A DNA stretch of 64,000 nt from Pseudomonas aeruginosa PAO1 (GCF_000006765.1 NC_002516.2); one strand, 5' to 3'. Shown: positions 1 through 13,480, counted from the first letter of the stretch. Notes: a model not told the origin generated them from the sequence alone. Translations and numbers: made by a program.

Positions 1-2490
<2,490 letters not shown>

Positions 2491-2543
2491 TCACGGACCC
2501 GGTGCGACCGGCCTTGACCAGCCGCACCGTCTAGCGTCACGTG

Positions 2544-5500
2544 TTATTCGGTTTCCAGTTCGATGTCGATGCCGAGCGAACGGATCTCTTTGATCAGAAC
2601 GTTGAAGGACTCGGGCATGCCGGCCTCCATGCGGTGATCGCCGTCCACGATGTTCTTGTACATCTTGGTCCGGCCGTTCACGTCGTCCGACTTGACCGTC
2701 AGCATTTCCTGCAGGGTGTACGCCGCGCCATAGGCTTCCAGCGCCCACACCTCCATCTCACCGAAGCGCTGACCACCGAACTGTGCCTTACCACCCAGCG
2801 GCTGCTGGGTAACCAGGCTGTACGAGCCGGTGGAACGGGCGTGCATCTTGTCGTCCACCAGGTGGTTCAGCTTGAGCATGTACATGTAGCCGACGGTGGT
2901 CGGACGCTCGAACTGGTTGCCGGTACGGCCGTCGAACAGACGCATCTGGCCGCTTTCCGGCAGGTCGGCCAGCTTCAGCATGGCCTTGATCTCGCGTTCC
3001 TTGGCGCCATCGAACACCGGGGTCGCCATCGGTACGCCACCGCGCAGGTTCTTGGCCAGCGCGAGGATCTCGTTGTCGCCCAGCTCGTCGAGGTTTTCCT
3101 CGCGACCGCCGATCTCGTTGTAGATCTCGTGCAGGAACTTACGCAGTTCGGCGACCTTGCGCTGCTCTTCGAGCATGCGGTTGATCTTCTCGCCCAGCCC
3201 CTTGGCCGCGAGGCCCAGGTGGGTTTCGAGGATCTGACCGACGTTCATACGCGACGGTACGCCCAGCGGGTTGAGGACGATGTCGACCGGGGTGCCGTTG
3301 GCATCGTGCGGCATGTCTTCCACCGGCATGATCACCGAGACCACACCCTTGTTACCGTGACGGCCGGCCATCTTGTCGCCCGGCTGGATGCGACGCTTGA
3401 TCGCCAGGTAGACCTTGACGATCTTCAGCACGCCCGGAGCCAGGTCGTCGCCCTGCTGCAGCTTGCGCTTCTTGTCCTCGAACTTGTCGTCCAGGAGCTG
3501 GCGACGATCGCTGATGTAGGCCTGGGCCTTCTCCAGCTGTTCGTTCAGGGCGTCGTCGGCCATGCGCAGCTTGAACCACTGGCCGCGCTCGAGACCGTCG
3601 AGGTAGTCGTCGGTGATCTCCGTGCCCTTCTTCAGCGCCGGGCCACCTTCAGCCTTGGCACCGACCAGGGCGGCACGCAGACGCTCGAAGGTCGCGCCTT
3701 CGACGATGCGGAACTCTTCGTTCAGGTCCTTGCGGATCTGGTCGAGTTGCATCTTCTCGATGGACAGCGCGCGGGAATCGCGCTCGACGCCGTCGCGGGT
3801 GAAGACCTGAACGTCGATGACGGTACCCTTGGTGCCGGTCGGCACACGCAGGGAGGTGTCCTTCACGTCGGACGCCTTCTCACCGAAGATCGCGCGCAGC
3901 AGCTTCTCTTCCGGAGTCAGCTGGGTCTCGCCTTTCGGAGTGACCTTGCCGACCAGGATGTCGCCGGCCTGCACTTCGGCGCCGACGTAGACGATACCGG
4001 CTTCGTCCAGCTTGTTCAGCGCGGCCTCGCCCACGTTCGGGATGTCCGCGGTGATTTCCTCTGGGCCGAGCTTGGTGTCACGAGCGACGCAGGTCAGTTC
4101 CTGGATGTGGATCGTGGTGAAACGATCTTCCTGGACCACGCGCTCGGACAGGCAGATGGAGTCTTCGAAGTTGAAGCCGTTCCAGGGCATGAACGCTACG
4201 CGCATGTTCTGGCCCAGGGCCAGTTCGCCCATGTCGGTGGACGGACCGTCGGCCAGGATGTCGCCGCGCGCGACCACGTCACCCTTGCTCACCAGCGGAC
4301 GCTGGTTGATGCAGGTGTTCTGGTTGGAACGAGTGTACTTGGTCAGGTTGTAGATGTCGACACCCGCTTCGCCGGTCTCGACTTCGTCATCCGCCACGCG
4401 AACCACGACACGGCTGGCATCGACCGAGTCGATCACACCGCCACGGCGAGCCACGACGCAGACGCCGGAGTCGCGCGCCACGTTGCGCTCCATGCCGGTA
4501 CCCACCAGCGGCTTGTCGGCACGCAGGGTCGGCACGGCCTGACGCTGCATGTTCGAGCCCATGAGTGCGCGGTTGGCGTCATCGTGCTCGAGGAACGGAA
4601 TCAGCGAGGCAGCGACGGAAACGACCTGCTTCGGCGACACGTCCATCAGGGTCACGTCTTCCGGCGCCTTCACGGTGAATTCGTTCAGGTGACGCACGGC
4701 CACCAGCTCGTCCACCAGTTGACCCTTCTCGTTGAGGGTCGCCGAAGCCTGGGCGATGACGTGGTCGGCTTCTTCGATCGCCGACAGGAACACGATCTCG
4801 TCGGTTACCAGGCTGTCCTTGACCACGCGGTACGGGCTCTCGAGGAAGCCGTACTTGTTGGTGCGGGCGTAGGTCGCCAGGGAGTTGATCAGACCGATGT
4901 TCGGACCTTCAGGGGTTTCGATCGGGCACACGCGGCCGTAGTGGGTCGGGTGTACGTCACGAACCTCGAAGCCCGCACGCTCACGGGTCAGACCGCCCGG
5001 GCCGAGCGCGGAGACGCGGCGCTTGTGGGTGATCTCGGAAAGCGGGTTGTTCTGGTCCATGAACTGCGACAGCTGGCTCGAACCGAAGAACTCCTTGATC
5101 GCGGCAGCCACCGGCTTGGCGTTGATCAGGTCTTGCGGCATCAGGCCTTCGCTTTCGGCCATGGACAGGCGTTCCTTGACCGCGCGCTCGACACGCACCA
5201 GGCCCACGCGGAACTGGTTCTCGGCCATTTCGCCGACGCAACGGACACGACGGTTGCCCAGGTGGTCGATGTCATCGACGATGCCCTTGCCGTTACGGAT
5301 GTCGACGAGGGTCTTGAGCACATCGATGATGTCTTCCTTGCTCAGGACGCCCGGACCTTCGATCTCGGTACGACCGATACGGCGGTTGAACTTCATCCGG
5401 CCTACGGCCGACAGGTCGTAACGCTCGGCGCTGAAGAACAGGTTGCCGAACAGGGTCTCGGCAGCTTCCTTGGTCGGCGGCTCGCCCGGACGCATCATCC

Positions 5501-6617
5501 GGTAGATCTCGACCAGGGCTTCCAGCTGGTTGCTGGTGTTGTCGATCTTCAGGGTGTCGGAGATGAACGGACCGCAGTCGATGTCGTTGGTGTACAGGGT
5601 CTCGATGCGCACGACCTGGGCCTTGGCCACCTTGGCCAGGAGGTCGAGGGTCAGCTCGGTGTTGCACTCGGCGATGATCTCGCCGGTAGCCGGATGCACG
5701 ATCGCCTTGGCGATGGTACGGCCGATCAGGTAGTCGAACGGCACTTCCAGCTGGCTCACGCCAGCCTTTTCCAGCTGGTTGATGTGGCGGGCAGTGATAC
5801 GACGCCCCTGCTCCACGATCACCTTGCCGCTGCCATCCTTGATGTCGATGCTCGCGACTTCACCGCGCAGGCGCTGCGGGACCAGTTCCAGGTTCAGGGT
5901 CTCGCCCTTGATGTGGAAGACGTTGGTCGCGTAGAAGGCGTTGAGGATCTCTTCCGTGCTGTAGCCGAGCGCGCGCAGCAGTACCGAGGCCGGCAGCTTG
6001 CGGCGACGGTCGATACGGACGAACACGCAGTCCTTCGGATCGAACTCGAAGTCCAGCCAGGAACCGCGGTAAGGAATGATCCGCGCGGAGTACAGCAGCT
6101 TGCCGGAGCTGTGGGTCTTGCCACGGTCGTGGTCGAAGAACACGCCCGGGGAACGGTGCAGCTGGGAGACGATGACACGCTCGGTACCGTTGATGATGAA
6201 GGTACCGTTCTCGGTCATCAGGGGGATTTCCCCCATGTAGACTTCTTGTTCCTTGATGTCCTTGATCGCCTTGTTCGACGACTCGCGGTCGAAGATGATC
6301 AGGCGAACTTTCACGCGCAGCGGTACGGCGAAGGTCACGCCGCGCAGCACGCACTCCTTGACATCGAATGCCGGCTCACCCAGACGGTAGCCGACGTATT
6401 CCAGGGCAGCATTGCCGGAATAGCTGATAATCGGGAAAACGGACTTGAAGGCCGCGTGCAGACCGACATCGCGGAACTGCTCCTTGGTTGCGCCAGCCTG
6501 CAGGAATTCGCGATAGGAATCCAGCTGGATGGCCAGCAAATACGGCACATCCATGACGTCCGGCAACTTGCTAAAGTCCTTGCGGATACGTTTTTTCTCA
6601 GTGTATGAGTAAGCCAT
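2544..6617 (-). CDS. rpoB: RNA polymerase beta subunit
   Basis: 1357 aa; [15 protein letters not shown] start, Rif cluster [33 protein letters not shown]. Confidence 0.99.
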
Positions 6618-6763
6618 CAGCGTTCCCCAGCTTGGTCACCTGCTTGTTTGGCGTCTCCGACGGGAGCAGCCGGAAAATCTTGCAGACCCCTTGGCCTGCA
6701 TTGCCCACTCGGGGCACTTTCACGTCTTGGGTGGAACGCCCGAGGCGAGTCCACCCAGAACGG

Positions 6764-6792
6764 AAAAAGGCCGGTGGCAAAAGCCACCAGCC
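6764..6792 (-). terminator. Intrinsic terminator/attenuator between rplL and rpoB
   Basis: Minus strand GGCTGGTGGC-TTTT-GCCACCGGCC-TTTTT. A second stem (TGGGTGGA...TCCACCCA) lies at ~6728-6757. Confidence 0.8.
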
Positions 6793-6838
6793 ATCAGCCT
6801 TTCGCTTGACGCTCGGGCTGTAGACGCAAGGTCGTCGC

Positions 6839-7207
6839 TTACTTGAGCTCGACTTTGGCGCCTGCTTCTTCCAGGGCTTTCTTGGCGGCTTCGGCTTCTT
6901 CTTTCGAAGCGCCTTCCTTCACCACGCCCGGAGCGCCGTCTACGACGGCCTTGGCTTCTTTCAGACCCAGACCGGTCAGTTCGCGAACGACCTTGATCAC
7001 GTTCACTTTCTTGTCGCCAGCTTCGGCCAGGACGATGGTGAACTCGGTCTGCTCTTCGGCAGCGGCAGCAGCCGGGCCAGCAGCGGCAACGGTAGCGGCA
7101 GCAGCGGTAACGCCGAACTTCTCTTCCATCGCCTTGATCAGTTCGACCACTTGCATGACGGACATTTCGGATACGGCGTTGATGATGTCTTCGTTGGTCA
7201 GAGCCAT
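6839..7207 (-). CDS. rplL: 50S ribosomal protein L7/L12
   Basis: 122 aa with an Ala-rich hinge and [20 protein letters not shown]. Confidence 0.99.
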   Translation of the reverse strand: MALTNEDIINAVSEMSVMQVVELIKAMEEKFGVTAAAATVAAAGPAAAAAEEQTEFTIVLAEAGDKKVNVIKVVRELTGLGLKEAKAVVDGAPGVVKEGASKEEAEAAKKALEEAGAKVELK

Positions 7208-7285
7208 GACTCTAATTCCTGTATTGGGGGACGGCCTGCGGCCATCGTATTAAACAAATAAGATTGAAAGCGCTTGCGAGCCGAC

Positions 7286-7786
7286 TTAGGCGGCAGCAGC
7301 TTCTTTCTGGTCGCGAATGGCCGCCAGAGTACGAGCCAGCTTGCTGGTAGCGCCTTGAATCACGCTCATCAGCTGCGATACGGCTTCGTCGTAGGTCGGC
7401 AGGCTTGCCAGTACGTCGATCTGATTGGCTGCGAGGAACTGACCCTCGAAGGCAGCCGCCTTGATCTCGAACTTGTCCTGACCCTTGGCGAACTCACGGA
7501 AGATACGAGCGGCAGCGCCCGGATGTTCGTTGGAGAAAGCGATCAGGGTCGGGCCTTTGAACACGTCGTTGAGCACGTCGAACTGGGTGCCTTCAACGGC
7601 GCGCTTGAGCAGGGTGTTACGTACGACTTTCACGTACACACCAGCTTCGCGGGCCTCTTTACGGAGTCCGGTCATGGCGCCTACGGTCACGCCACGGGCA
7701 TCGGCCACGACAGCGGACAGGGCAGCTTTGGCAGCCTCGTTGACTTCAGCGACGATGGCCTTCTTGTCTTCGAGTTTAATTGCCAC
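7286..7786 (-). CDS. rplJ: 50S ribosomal protein L10
   Basis: 166 aa, GTG start, [11 protein letters not shown] motif. Confidence 0.99.
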
Positions 7787-7984
7787 GGGTTTACTCCTGG
7801 ATGTTACCGTTTCGTCCAGCCGGGGCCGGACGTCGTTTTGGTGTCTGATTCGGTAACCGAATCGGGAGCACCATCTGCGTAGGCTTGTGGTTTAAGGCTT
7901 GCGCCACCTACGGTCTTGGATAGCCCCCGCCAGGCAGGGACCCCAATACCTGTGCAGCGGGCAGAACCCGCTGCACGATTTCAC
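7787..7984 (-). promoter_or_regulatory. rplJ (L10) leader, autogenous control RNA
   Basis: Minus strand CCAAGACCGTAGGTG...TTAA...CCTACGCAGATGGTG (~7871-7919) resembles the gammaproteobacterial L10 leader. There is also a perfect 10-bp stem at 7952-7976. Confidence 0.8.
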
Positions 7985-8680
7985 TTAGGCTTCCAGGGAA
8001 GCCAGGTCGATCTGCAGGCCCGGACCCATGGTGGTGCTCAGGGTCACGCGCTTGACGTACACGCCTTTCGACGAGGACGGCTTCAGGCGCTTCAGGTCGG
8101 CCAGCAGCGCTTCAACGTTCTGCTGCAGCTTGGCCGGCTCGAAATCGACCTTACCGACGGAGCTGTGGATGATGCCGTTCTTGTCGGTACGGAAACGTAC
8201 CTGACCAGCCTTGGCATTCTTCACGGCGGTAGCGACGTCCGGAGTCACGGTGCCGACTTTCGGGTTCGGCATCAGACCACGCGGGCCGAGGATCTGGCCC
8301 AGCTGACCGACGACACGCATGGCATCCGGGGAAGCGATGACGACGTCGTAGTTCAGGTCGCCGCCTTTCATTTCGGCAGCCAGCTCGTCCATACCCACCT
8401 TGTCGGCGCCGGCAGCCAGAGCGGCTTCGGCAGCCGGACCTTGGGTGAAGACGGCAACGCGGACGCTCTTGCCGGTGCCGTTCGGCAGGACGGTGGCGCC
8501 ACGAACGACCTGGTCGGATTTACGCGGATCGACGCCGAGGTTCACGGCAACGTCCACGGACTCCTTGAACTTGATGGTGGACAGCTCGGCCAGCAGCTTG
8601 GCGGCCTCTTCGAAGCTGTACTGCTTGCCGGCAACTACTTTCTCGGCAATCGCCTTCTGGCGCTTGGTCAGCTTAGCCAT
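7985..8680 (-). CDS. rplA: 50S ribosomal protein L1
   Basis: 231 aa, [13 protein letters not shown]; start overlaps the rplK stop (TAATG). Confidence 0.99.
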
Positions 8681-9111
8681 TACACACCCTCCACGTTCAG
8701 GCCCATGCTGCGCGCGGAGCCAGCGATGGTACGTACAGCAGCGTCCAGATCAGCAGCGGTCAGGTCAGCCTGCTTGGTCTTGGCGATCTCTTCCAGCTGG
8801 GCACGGGTAACGGTACCGACTTTCTGGGAGTTCGGACGAGCGGAGCCGCTGGTGATGCCAGCTGCTTTTTTCAGCAGGACGGCAGCCGGGGTGCTCTTGG
8901 TTTCGAAGGTGAAGCTACGGTCGCTGTAAACGGTGATGATCACAGGAGTCGGCAGGCCCGGCTCTTGGCCTTGGGTCTTGGCGTTGAACGCCTTGCAGAA
9001 TTCCATGATGTTCACGCCGTGCTGACCCAGGGCAGGGCCGACCGGCGGCGACGGGTTGGCCTGACCGGCCTTTACTTGCAGCTTGATATAAGCCTGGATT
9101 TTCTTAGCCAT
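8680..9111 (-). CDS. rplK: 50S ribosomal protein L11
   Basis: 143 aa, [23 protein letters not shown]. Confidence 0.99.
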
Positions 9112-9119
9112 TTGCTACT

Positions 9120-9153
9120 CCAAATTCGGGTACAAGCGCCTGAAGGCTCCCCG
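9120..9153 (-). promoter_or_regulatory. L1-binding site in the rplK leader
   Basis: Minus strand CGGGGAGCCTTCAGGCGCTTGTACCCG next to the SD resembles the L11-operon L1 target. Confidence 0.7.
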
Positions 9154-9182
9154 GTTGCTTTCGCGTTTATCCCAGTGACGAC

Positions 9183-9210
9183 AAAACCCCGCAGCCTTGG
9201 GCTGCGGGGT
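9183..9210 (-). terminator. Intrinsic terminator after nusG
   Basis: Minus strand ACCCCGCAGCC-CAA-GGCTGCGGGGT followed by TTTG. Confidence 0.75.
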
Positions 9211-9227
9211 GAGGGATGCGTTTTCAG

Positions 9228-9761
9228 TTAGACCTTTTCGACCTGACTGAACTCCAGCTCCACCGGGGTAGAGCGGCCAAAGATGAGCACGGCCACTTGG
9301 ATCCGGCTCTTCTCGTAGTTAACTTCTTCGACGACACCATTGAAGTCGGCGAAAGGACCATCGATGACACGAACGGTCTCGCCCGGCTCGAACAGGGTCT
9401 TCGGCTTGGGCTTGTCGCCGCTATCGGCCACGCGACGCAGGATTGCATCAGCCTCACGATCGGTGATCGGAGCCGGCTTGTCGGCAGTCCCGCCGATGAA
9501 GCCCATGACACGCGGGGTATCCTTCACCAGGTGCCAGGTACCTTCGTTCATTTCCATCTGAACCAGCACATAGCCAGGGAAGAATTTGCGCTCGCTCTTG
9601 CGCTTCTGGCCGTTCCGCATCTCCACCACTTCTTCGGTGGGAACCAGAATCTCGCCGAACTCTTCTTCCATGCCAGCAAGCTTGACACGCTCGATCAGCG
9701 AGCGCATGACATGCTTCTCGTAGCCCGAGTATGCATGCACAACGTACCAACGCTTAGCCAC
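9228..9761 (-). CDS. nusG: Transcription termination/antitermination factor NusG
   Basis: 177 aa; [24 protein letters not shown] motif [11 protein letters not shown]. Confidence 0.99.
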   Translation of the reverse strand: MAKRWYVVHAYSGYEKHVMRSLIERVKLAGMEEEFGEILVPTEEVVEMRNGQKRKSERKFFPGYVLVQMEMNEGTWHLVKDTPRVMGFIGGTADKPAPITDREADAILRRVADSGDKPKPKTLFEPGETVRVIDGPFADFNGVVEEVNYEKSRIQVAVLIFGRSTPVELEFSQVEKV

Positions 9762-9770
9762 GGCGCACCC

Positions 9771-10139
9771 TTAACCTACAATCATGGAAACCAACCAACC
9801 CAGCAGGGAATCGAGCCCCCACAGCAGCAGCGCCATTACCAGCACTACCGCGACCACGATCAGCGTGGTCTGAGTTGTTTCTTGACGACTCGGCCATACG
9901 ACCTTGCGAATCTCGACGCGCGCTTCCTTAGCAAGACTAAAGAAGGCCTGCCCCTTGGCCGTTTGCAGAGCCAGGAAAGCAGCGATCACCGCCAGAACGA
10001 GAATACCGAGAACGCGATACAGGATTGGTTGAGCCGAAAAGTACTGATTGCCCACAACGGCAACCACAACCAGAACGGCAACCAAGAGCCATTTCAAGAG
10101 ATCAAAACGTGATTCTTTGGCTTCTGCCTTGGCATTCAT
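9771..10139 (-). CDS. secE: Preprotein translocase subunit SecE (3 TM)
   Basis: 122 aa, EIRKVVWPSRQET motif. Confidence 0.98.
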   Translation of the reverse strand: MNAKAEAKESRFDLLKWLLVAVLVVVAVVGNQYFSAQPILYRVLGILVLAVIAAFLALQTAKGQAFFSLAKEARVEIRKVVWPSRQETTQTTLIVVAVVLVMALLLWGLDSLLGWLVSMIVG

Positions 10140-10156
10140 CTGTTAGGAATCTCGTG

Positions 10157-10188
10157 AAGAAAAGCCAGATTTACTTGGGAAATCTGGC
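10157..10188 (-). terminator. Terminator-like hairpin overlapping the tRNA-Trp 3' end
   Basis: Minus strand GCCAGATTT-CCCAAGT-AAATCTGGC-TTTTCTT. Confidence 0.65.
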
Positions 10189-10260
10189 AGGCCAGGAGGG
10201 AATCGAACCCCCAACCTGCGGTTTTGGAGACCGCCGCTCTGCCAATTGAGCTACTGGCCT
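10185..10260 (-). tRNA. trpT: tRNA-Trp (CCA)
   Basis: 76-nt cloverleaf AGGCCAGTAGCTCAATTGG...CTCCAAA...GGTTCGATT...GCCA. Confidence 0.98.
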
Positions 10261-10265
10261 GAAGC

Positions 10266-10295
10266 AAAATCAGGCCGACCATTATGCCGGCCTGA
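10266..10295 (-). terminator. Terminator after tufB
   Basis: Minus strand TCAGGCCG-(10-nt loop)-CGGCCTGA-TTTT. Confidence 0.6.
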
Positions 10296-10309
10296 GAGGG
10301 GAAGATCAA
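10281..10309 (-). promoter_or_regulatory. sigma70 promoter for tRNA-Trp-secE-nusG
   Basis: -35 TTGATC (10304-10309), 17-bp spacer, -10 CATAAT (10281-10286). Confidence 0.7.
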
Positions 10310-10315
10310 CCGATA

Positions 10316-11509
10316 TTATTCGATGATCTTGGCAACCACGCCGGCGCCAACGGTACGGCCGCCTTCGCGGATCGCGAAGCGCAGGCCATCTTCCATGGCG
10401 ATCGGAGCGATCAGGGTGACAACCATCTTGATGTTGTCGCCCGGCATTACCATCTCTACGCCTTCCGGCAGTTCGCAGTTACCGGTCACGTCGGTGGTAC
10501 GGAAGTAGAACTGCGGACGGTAGCCCTTGAAGAACGGGGTGTGACGACCACCTTCTTCCTTGGACAGCACGTACACTTCGCACTCGAACTTGGTGTGCGG
10601 CTTGATGGTGCCCGGCTTGGCCAGAACCTGGCCACGCTCTACGTCTTCACGCTTGGTGCCACGCAGCAGGATACCAACGTTCTCACCAGCACGACCTTCG
10701 TCGAGCAGCTTGCGGAACATTTCAACGCCGGTGCAGGTAGTCTTGGTGGTCGCCTTGATGCCGACGATTTCCACTTCTTCCTGGACCTTGATGATGCCGC
10801 GCTCTACACGACCGGTTACCACGGTACCGCGGCCGGAGATCGAGAACACGTCTTCGATCGGCATCAGGAACGGCTGGTCGATGGCACGAACCGGCTCCGG
10901 AATGTAGGAGTCCAGGGTCTCTACCAGCTTCTGCACGGCGCTTACGCCGATGCCGTTGTCATCCTTGCCTTCCAGCGCCATCAGCGCGGAACCGATGATG
11001 ATCGGAGTGTCGTCGCCCGGGAAGTCGTAGGTGTTCAGCAGATCGCGAACTTCCATCTCGACCAGTTCCAGCAGCTCGGCGTCGTCGACCATGTCGGCCT
11101 TGTTCAGGAACACGACGATGTAGGGAACGCCTACCTGGCGGGACAGCAGGATGTGCTCGCGGGTCTGCGGCATGGGGCCGTCGGCAGCCGAGCAAACCAG
11201 GATCGCGCCGTCCATCTGGGCAGCACCGGTGATCATGTTCTTCACGTAGTCGGCGTGACCGGGGCAGTCAACGTGGGCGTAGTGACGAACAGCGGAATCG
11301 TATTCAACGTGCGAGGTGTTGATGGTGATACCGCGGGCCTTTTCTTCCGGCGCGTTGTCGATCTGATCGAAAGCACGAGCGGAACCACCCCAGGTGTCGG
11401 AGCAGACCTTGGTCAGTGCAGCGGTCAGAGTGGTCTTGCCATGGTCAACGTGACCGATGGTGCCGACGTTGACGTGCGGCTTGTTCCGTTCAAATTTTTC
11501 TTTAGCCAT
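10316..11509 (-). CDS. tufB: Elongation factor Tu
   Basis: 397 aa from [26 protein letters not shown]; downstream of a tRNA cluster, which is the tufB position. Confidence 0.99.
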   Translation of the reverse strand: MAKEKFERNKPHVNVGTIGHVDHGKTTLTAALTKVCSDTWGGSARAFDQIDNAPEEKARGITINTSHVEYDSAVRHYAHVDCPGHADYVKNMITGAAQMDGAILVCSAADGPMPQTREHILLSRQVGVPYIVVFLNKADMVDDAELLELVEMEVRDLLNTYDFPGDDTPIIIGSALMALEGKDDNGIGVSAVQKLVETLDSYIPEPVRAIDQPFLMPIEDVFSISGRGTVVTGRVERGIIKVQEEVEIVGIKATTKTTCTGVEMFRKLLDEGRAGENVGILLRGTKREDVERGQVLAKPGTIKPHTKFECEVYVLSKEEGGRHTPFFKGYRPQFYFRTTDVTGNCELPEGVEMVMPGDNIKMVVTLIAPIAMEDGLRFAIREGGRTVGAGVVAKIIE

Positions 11510-11553
11510 GGAGACCATCCCCTTCAAGGAATTGAGCGGATCACGCTACCATT

Positions 11554-11584
11554 AGAACAAGGGCAGATATTTTCATATCTGCCC
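11554..11584 (-). terminator. Terminator-like attenuator between tRNA-Thr and tufB
   Basis: Minus strand GGGCAGATAT-GAAA-ATATCTGCCC-TTGTTCT. Confidence 0.6.
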
Positions 11585-11593
11585 CTGGATAAA

Positions 11594-11669
11594 TGGAGCT
11601 CATGAGCGGATTTGAACCGCTGACCTCACCCTTACCAAGGGTGTGCTCTACCAACTGAGCTACATGAGC
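11594..11669 (-). tRNA. thrT: tRNA-Thr (GGT)
   Basis: 76-nt cloverleaf, loop TTGGTAA, encoded CCA. Confidence 0.98.
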
Positions 11670-11688
11670 GAAACACAAGCAACTTGAC

Positions 11689-11762
<74 letters not shown>

Positions 11763-11788
11763 GGAGCCCGAAGCTCACGCTTTTAAAC

Positions 11789-11873
11789 TGGTGGAGGGAG
11801 AAGGATTCGAACCTTCGAAGTCTATGACGTCAGATTTACAGTCTGATCCCTTTGGCCACTCGGGAATCCCTCC
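11789..11873 (-). tRNA. tyrU: tRNA-Tyr (GTA)
   Basis: 85-nt cloverleaf with long variable arm, loop CTGTAAA, encoded CCA. Confidence 0.98.
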
Positions 11874-11888
11874 AAACTGGTGGGCGGC

Positions 11889-11917
11889 ATTCTCTACGTC
11901 TGCCACCTTGCTGTCAA
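11889..11917 (-). promoter_or_regulatory. Proximal sigma70 promoter of the tRNA-tufB operon
   Basis: TTGACA-17-GAGAAT with GC-rich discriminator GCCGCCC. Confidence 0.75.
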
Positions 11918-12005
11918 GAGTTTTCTCTTAAAAAACCTGAACTTAGGTTTCAACAGCAACTTCATGGTAGGAGTCTTTCAGCCTTCCCCCTGCGAAGCGG
12001 GCGCC

Positions 12006-12034
12006 ATTCTATGCAAACCATCAGGGGGATGCAA
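12006..12034 (-). promoter_or_regulatory. Distal sigma70 promoter of the tRNA-tufB operon
   Basis: TTGCAT-17-TAGAAT, discriminator GGCGC; the -35 lies inside the 3' end of the SPOR gene. Confidence 0.7.
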
Positions 12035-12725
12035 CACCTTTGCACGACATTATTTGATGCTGCAATCCCTTGAAGTCCCGAGCCAGCTCCTGGAGCAGTT
12101 GCTCATCCACCAGGCGCCGGCTGCCGGGGGCCACCCTTACCCAGAAATCACGCTGCCCGCGGGGCAATTCCTTCAGCTCCGCCTCGTAACCTGCCGTCTT
12201 GAGACGCACCTGCGCACTTTCAGCCGAATCCCGCGCGGAAAACATCCCCAAAGAAATGCCATTGGCCAGCACTCCCTCGCCAATCAGGTAGCTGTCGATA
12301 TTGCGCGCCTGAAGCTCCTTCAACTGACGAAGCGCAGCCTCCCGCGAGGCTAGCGGAGGAAGATAGACCCAGTAATCGACGCTCATCTCCCCACGGGCCT
12401 CGACCTCCGCCTCGATATCCAGGCCCAGCAGGCGCTGCCGCAACCTTCGGGCATCCGCCTCCTCACCGCCTCCGCCAAGATAGAGACAGGCCGACTCGGA
12501 TGCGATCGACTCTTCGGCAGCCGGAGGCACACTCGGCGCCGGCACCTGCGATCCCGAGCGCGCCCTGGAAGCAAGGTTGCTCTCGGCCAACAGCAGAATG
12601 TTCTTCTGCCCATCCTTATAGAGTTCCAGCGGTGCGATTTCCTTGGCCCGTAGCGGGGATTGCTGCTGGTGCCAGACGTAGTAGAAGACGTTCAGGGCCA
12701 GGAGAAACAGGAAGAACCAGCGCAT
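12021..12725 (-). CDS. Membrane-anchored SPOR-domain-like protein (PA4278)
   Basis: Start MRWFFLFLLALNVFYYVW with SD GAGG; N-terminal TM, Pro/Ser linker, SPOR-like beta-alpha repeats. Confidence 0.8.
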   Translation of the reverse strand: MRWFFLFLLALNVFYYVWHQQQSPLRAKEIAPLELYKDGQKNILLLAESNLASRARSGSQVPAPSVPPAAEESIASESACLYLGGGGEEADARRLRQRLLGLDIEAEVEARGEMSVDYWVYLPPLASREAALRQLKELQARNIDSYLIGEGVLANGISLGMFSARDSAESAQVRLKTAGYEAELKELPRGQRDFWVRVAPGSRRLVDEQLLQELARDFKGLQHQIMSCKGVASP

Positions 12726-12733
12726 AGATCCTC

Positions 12734-13480
12734 TCACTCAATCGGGCAAGCCAGTGCCAGCCCTACGAAAACCAGGTCCGGCATGATCCGGGCGCCAGCC
12801 AGTTCGTCGCGAACCAGTTCGGCATCCCCACCCGTCAGGAATATTTCACAATCCGGACCGAGCAGCTCGCACGCCATGGCGTACTGCTCACGAACGAACC
12901 CCCTGAGCATGAGCAGACAACCCCGCTCAACCGCCTCGGCCGTGGCCTGCCCTGGCTGGAGACTGGCAAGCGCCCGCCGGGCCTCTGCATCGTCGTAGCG
13001 GATACGTCGGGTATGGGTGCGCAACTGGCTTCTCATCAGGGTCATGCCCGGGCATATGTAGCCCCCCAGATGCACTCCATCCGCCGCGACCAGGTCAGAG
13101 GTGACCGCGGTCCCCAGATCAATGACCAGGCAGGCCTTCTTAGCCAGGTGATGAGCCGCGACGAGGGCCAGCCAGCGGTCGAGCCCCAGGCGCTGGTAAT
13201 CGAGATAGCCGTTGCGCACACCCGCCAACTGCTTGCCGGATGATGCAACCAGCGCCGAAACCGGGAACAGCTGCTCCAACCGTGCGACCAGTTGCGAGGT
13301 TTCCTGCTCGCTGCGAACGCTCACCAGGCGACAGGCTCGCACTGGCAGCGCTTGCTGCGACGTTAACTGTTCGACCAGGGCATCATCGGACTCCGCAAGG
13401 CCACCGGCGACCGACCGCGCCGCCCCCTCGATGACCCGCCACTTGATCAGCGAGTTTCCACAGTCGAGCTCAAGAATCAT
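12734..13480 (-). CDS. coaX: Type III pantothenate kinase
   Basis: [38 protein letters not shown] motifs. Confidence 0.95.
   Translation of the reverse strand: MILELDCGNSLIKWRVIEGAARSVAGGLAESDDALVEQLTSQQALPVRACRLVSVRSEQETSQLVARLEQLFPVSALVASSGKQLAGVRNGYLDYQRLGLDRWLALVAAHHLAKKACLVIDLGTAVTSDLVAADGVHLGGYICPGMTLMRSQLRTHTRRIRYDDAEARRALASLQPGQATAEAVERGCLLMLRGFVREQYAMACELLGPDCEIFLTGGDAELVRDELAGARIMPDLVFVGLALACPIE

Noticed and set aside
4990-5100. Possible rifampicin-resistance substitutions in rpoB
   Set aside because: The cluster I sequence [26 protein letters not shown] is wild type.
6783-6790. E. coli Chi octamer GCTGGTGG on the minus strand
   Set aside because: It is part of a terminator stem, is expected by chance at this GC content, and Pseudomonas RecBCD is not known to use this Chi.
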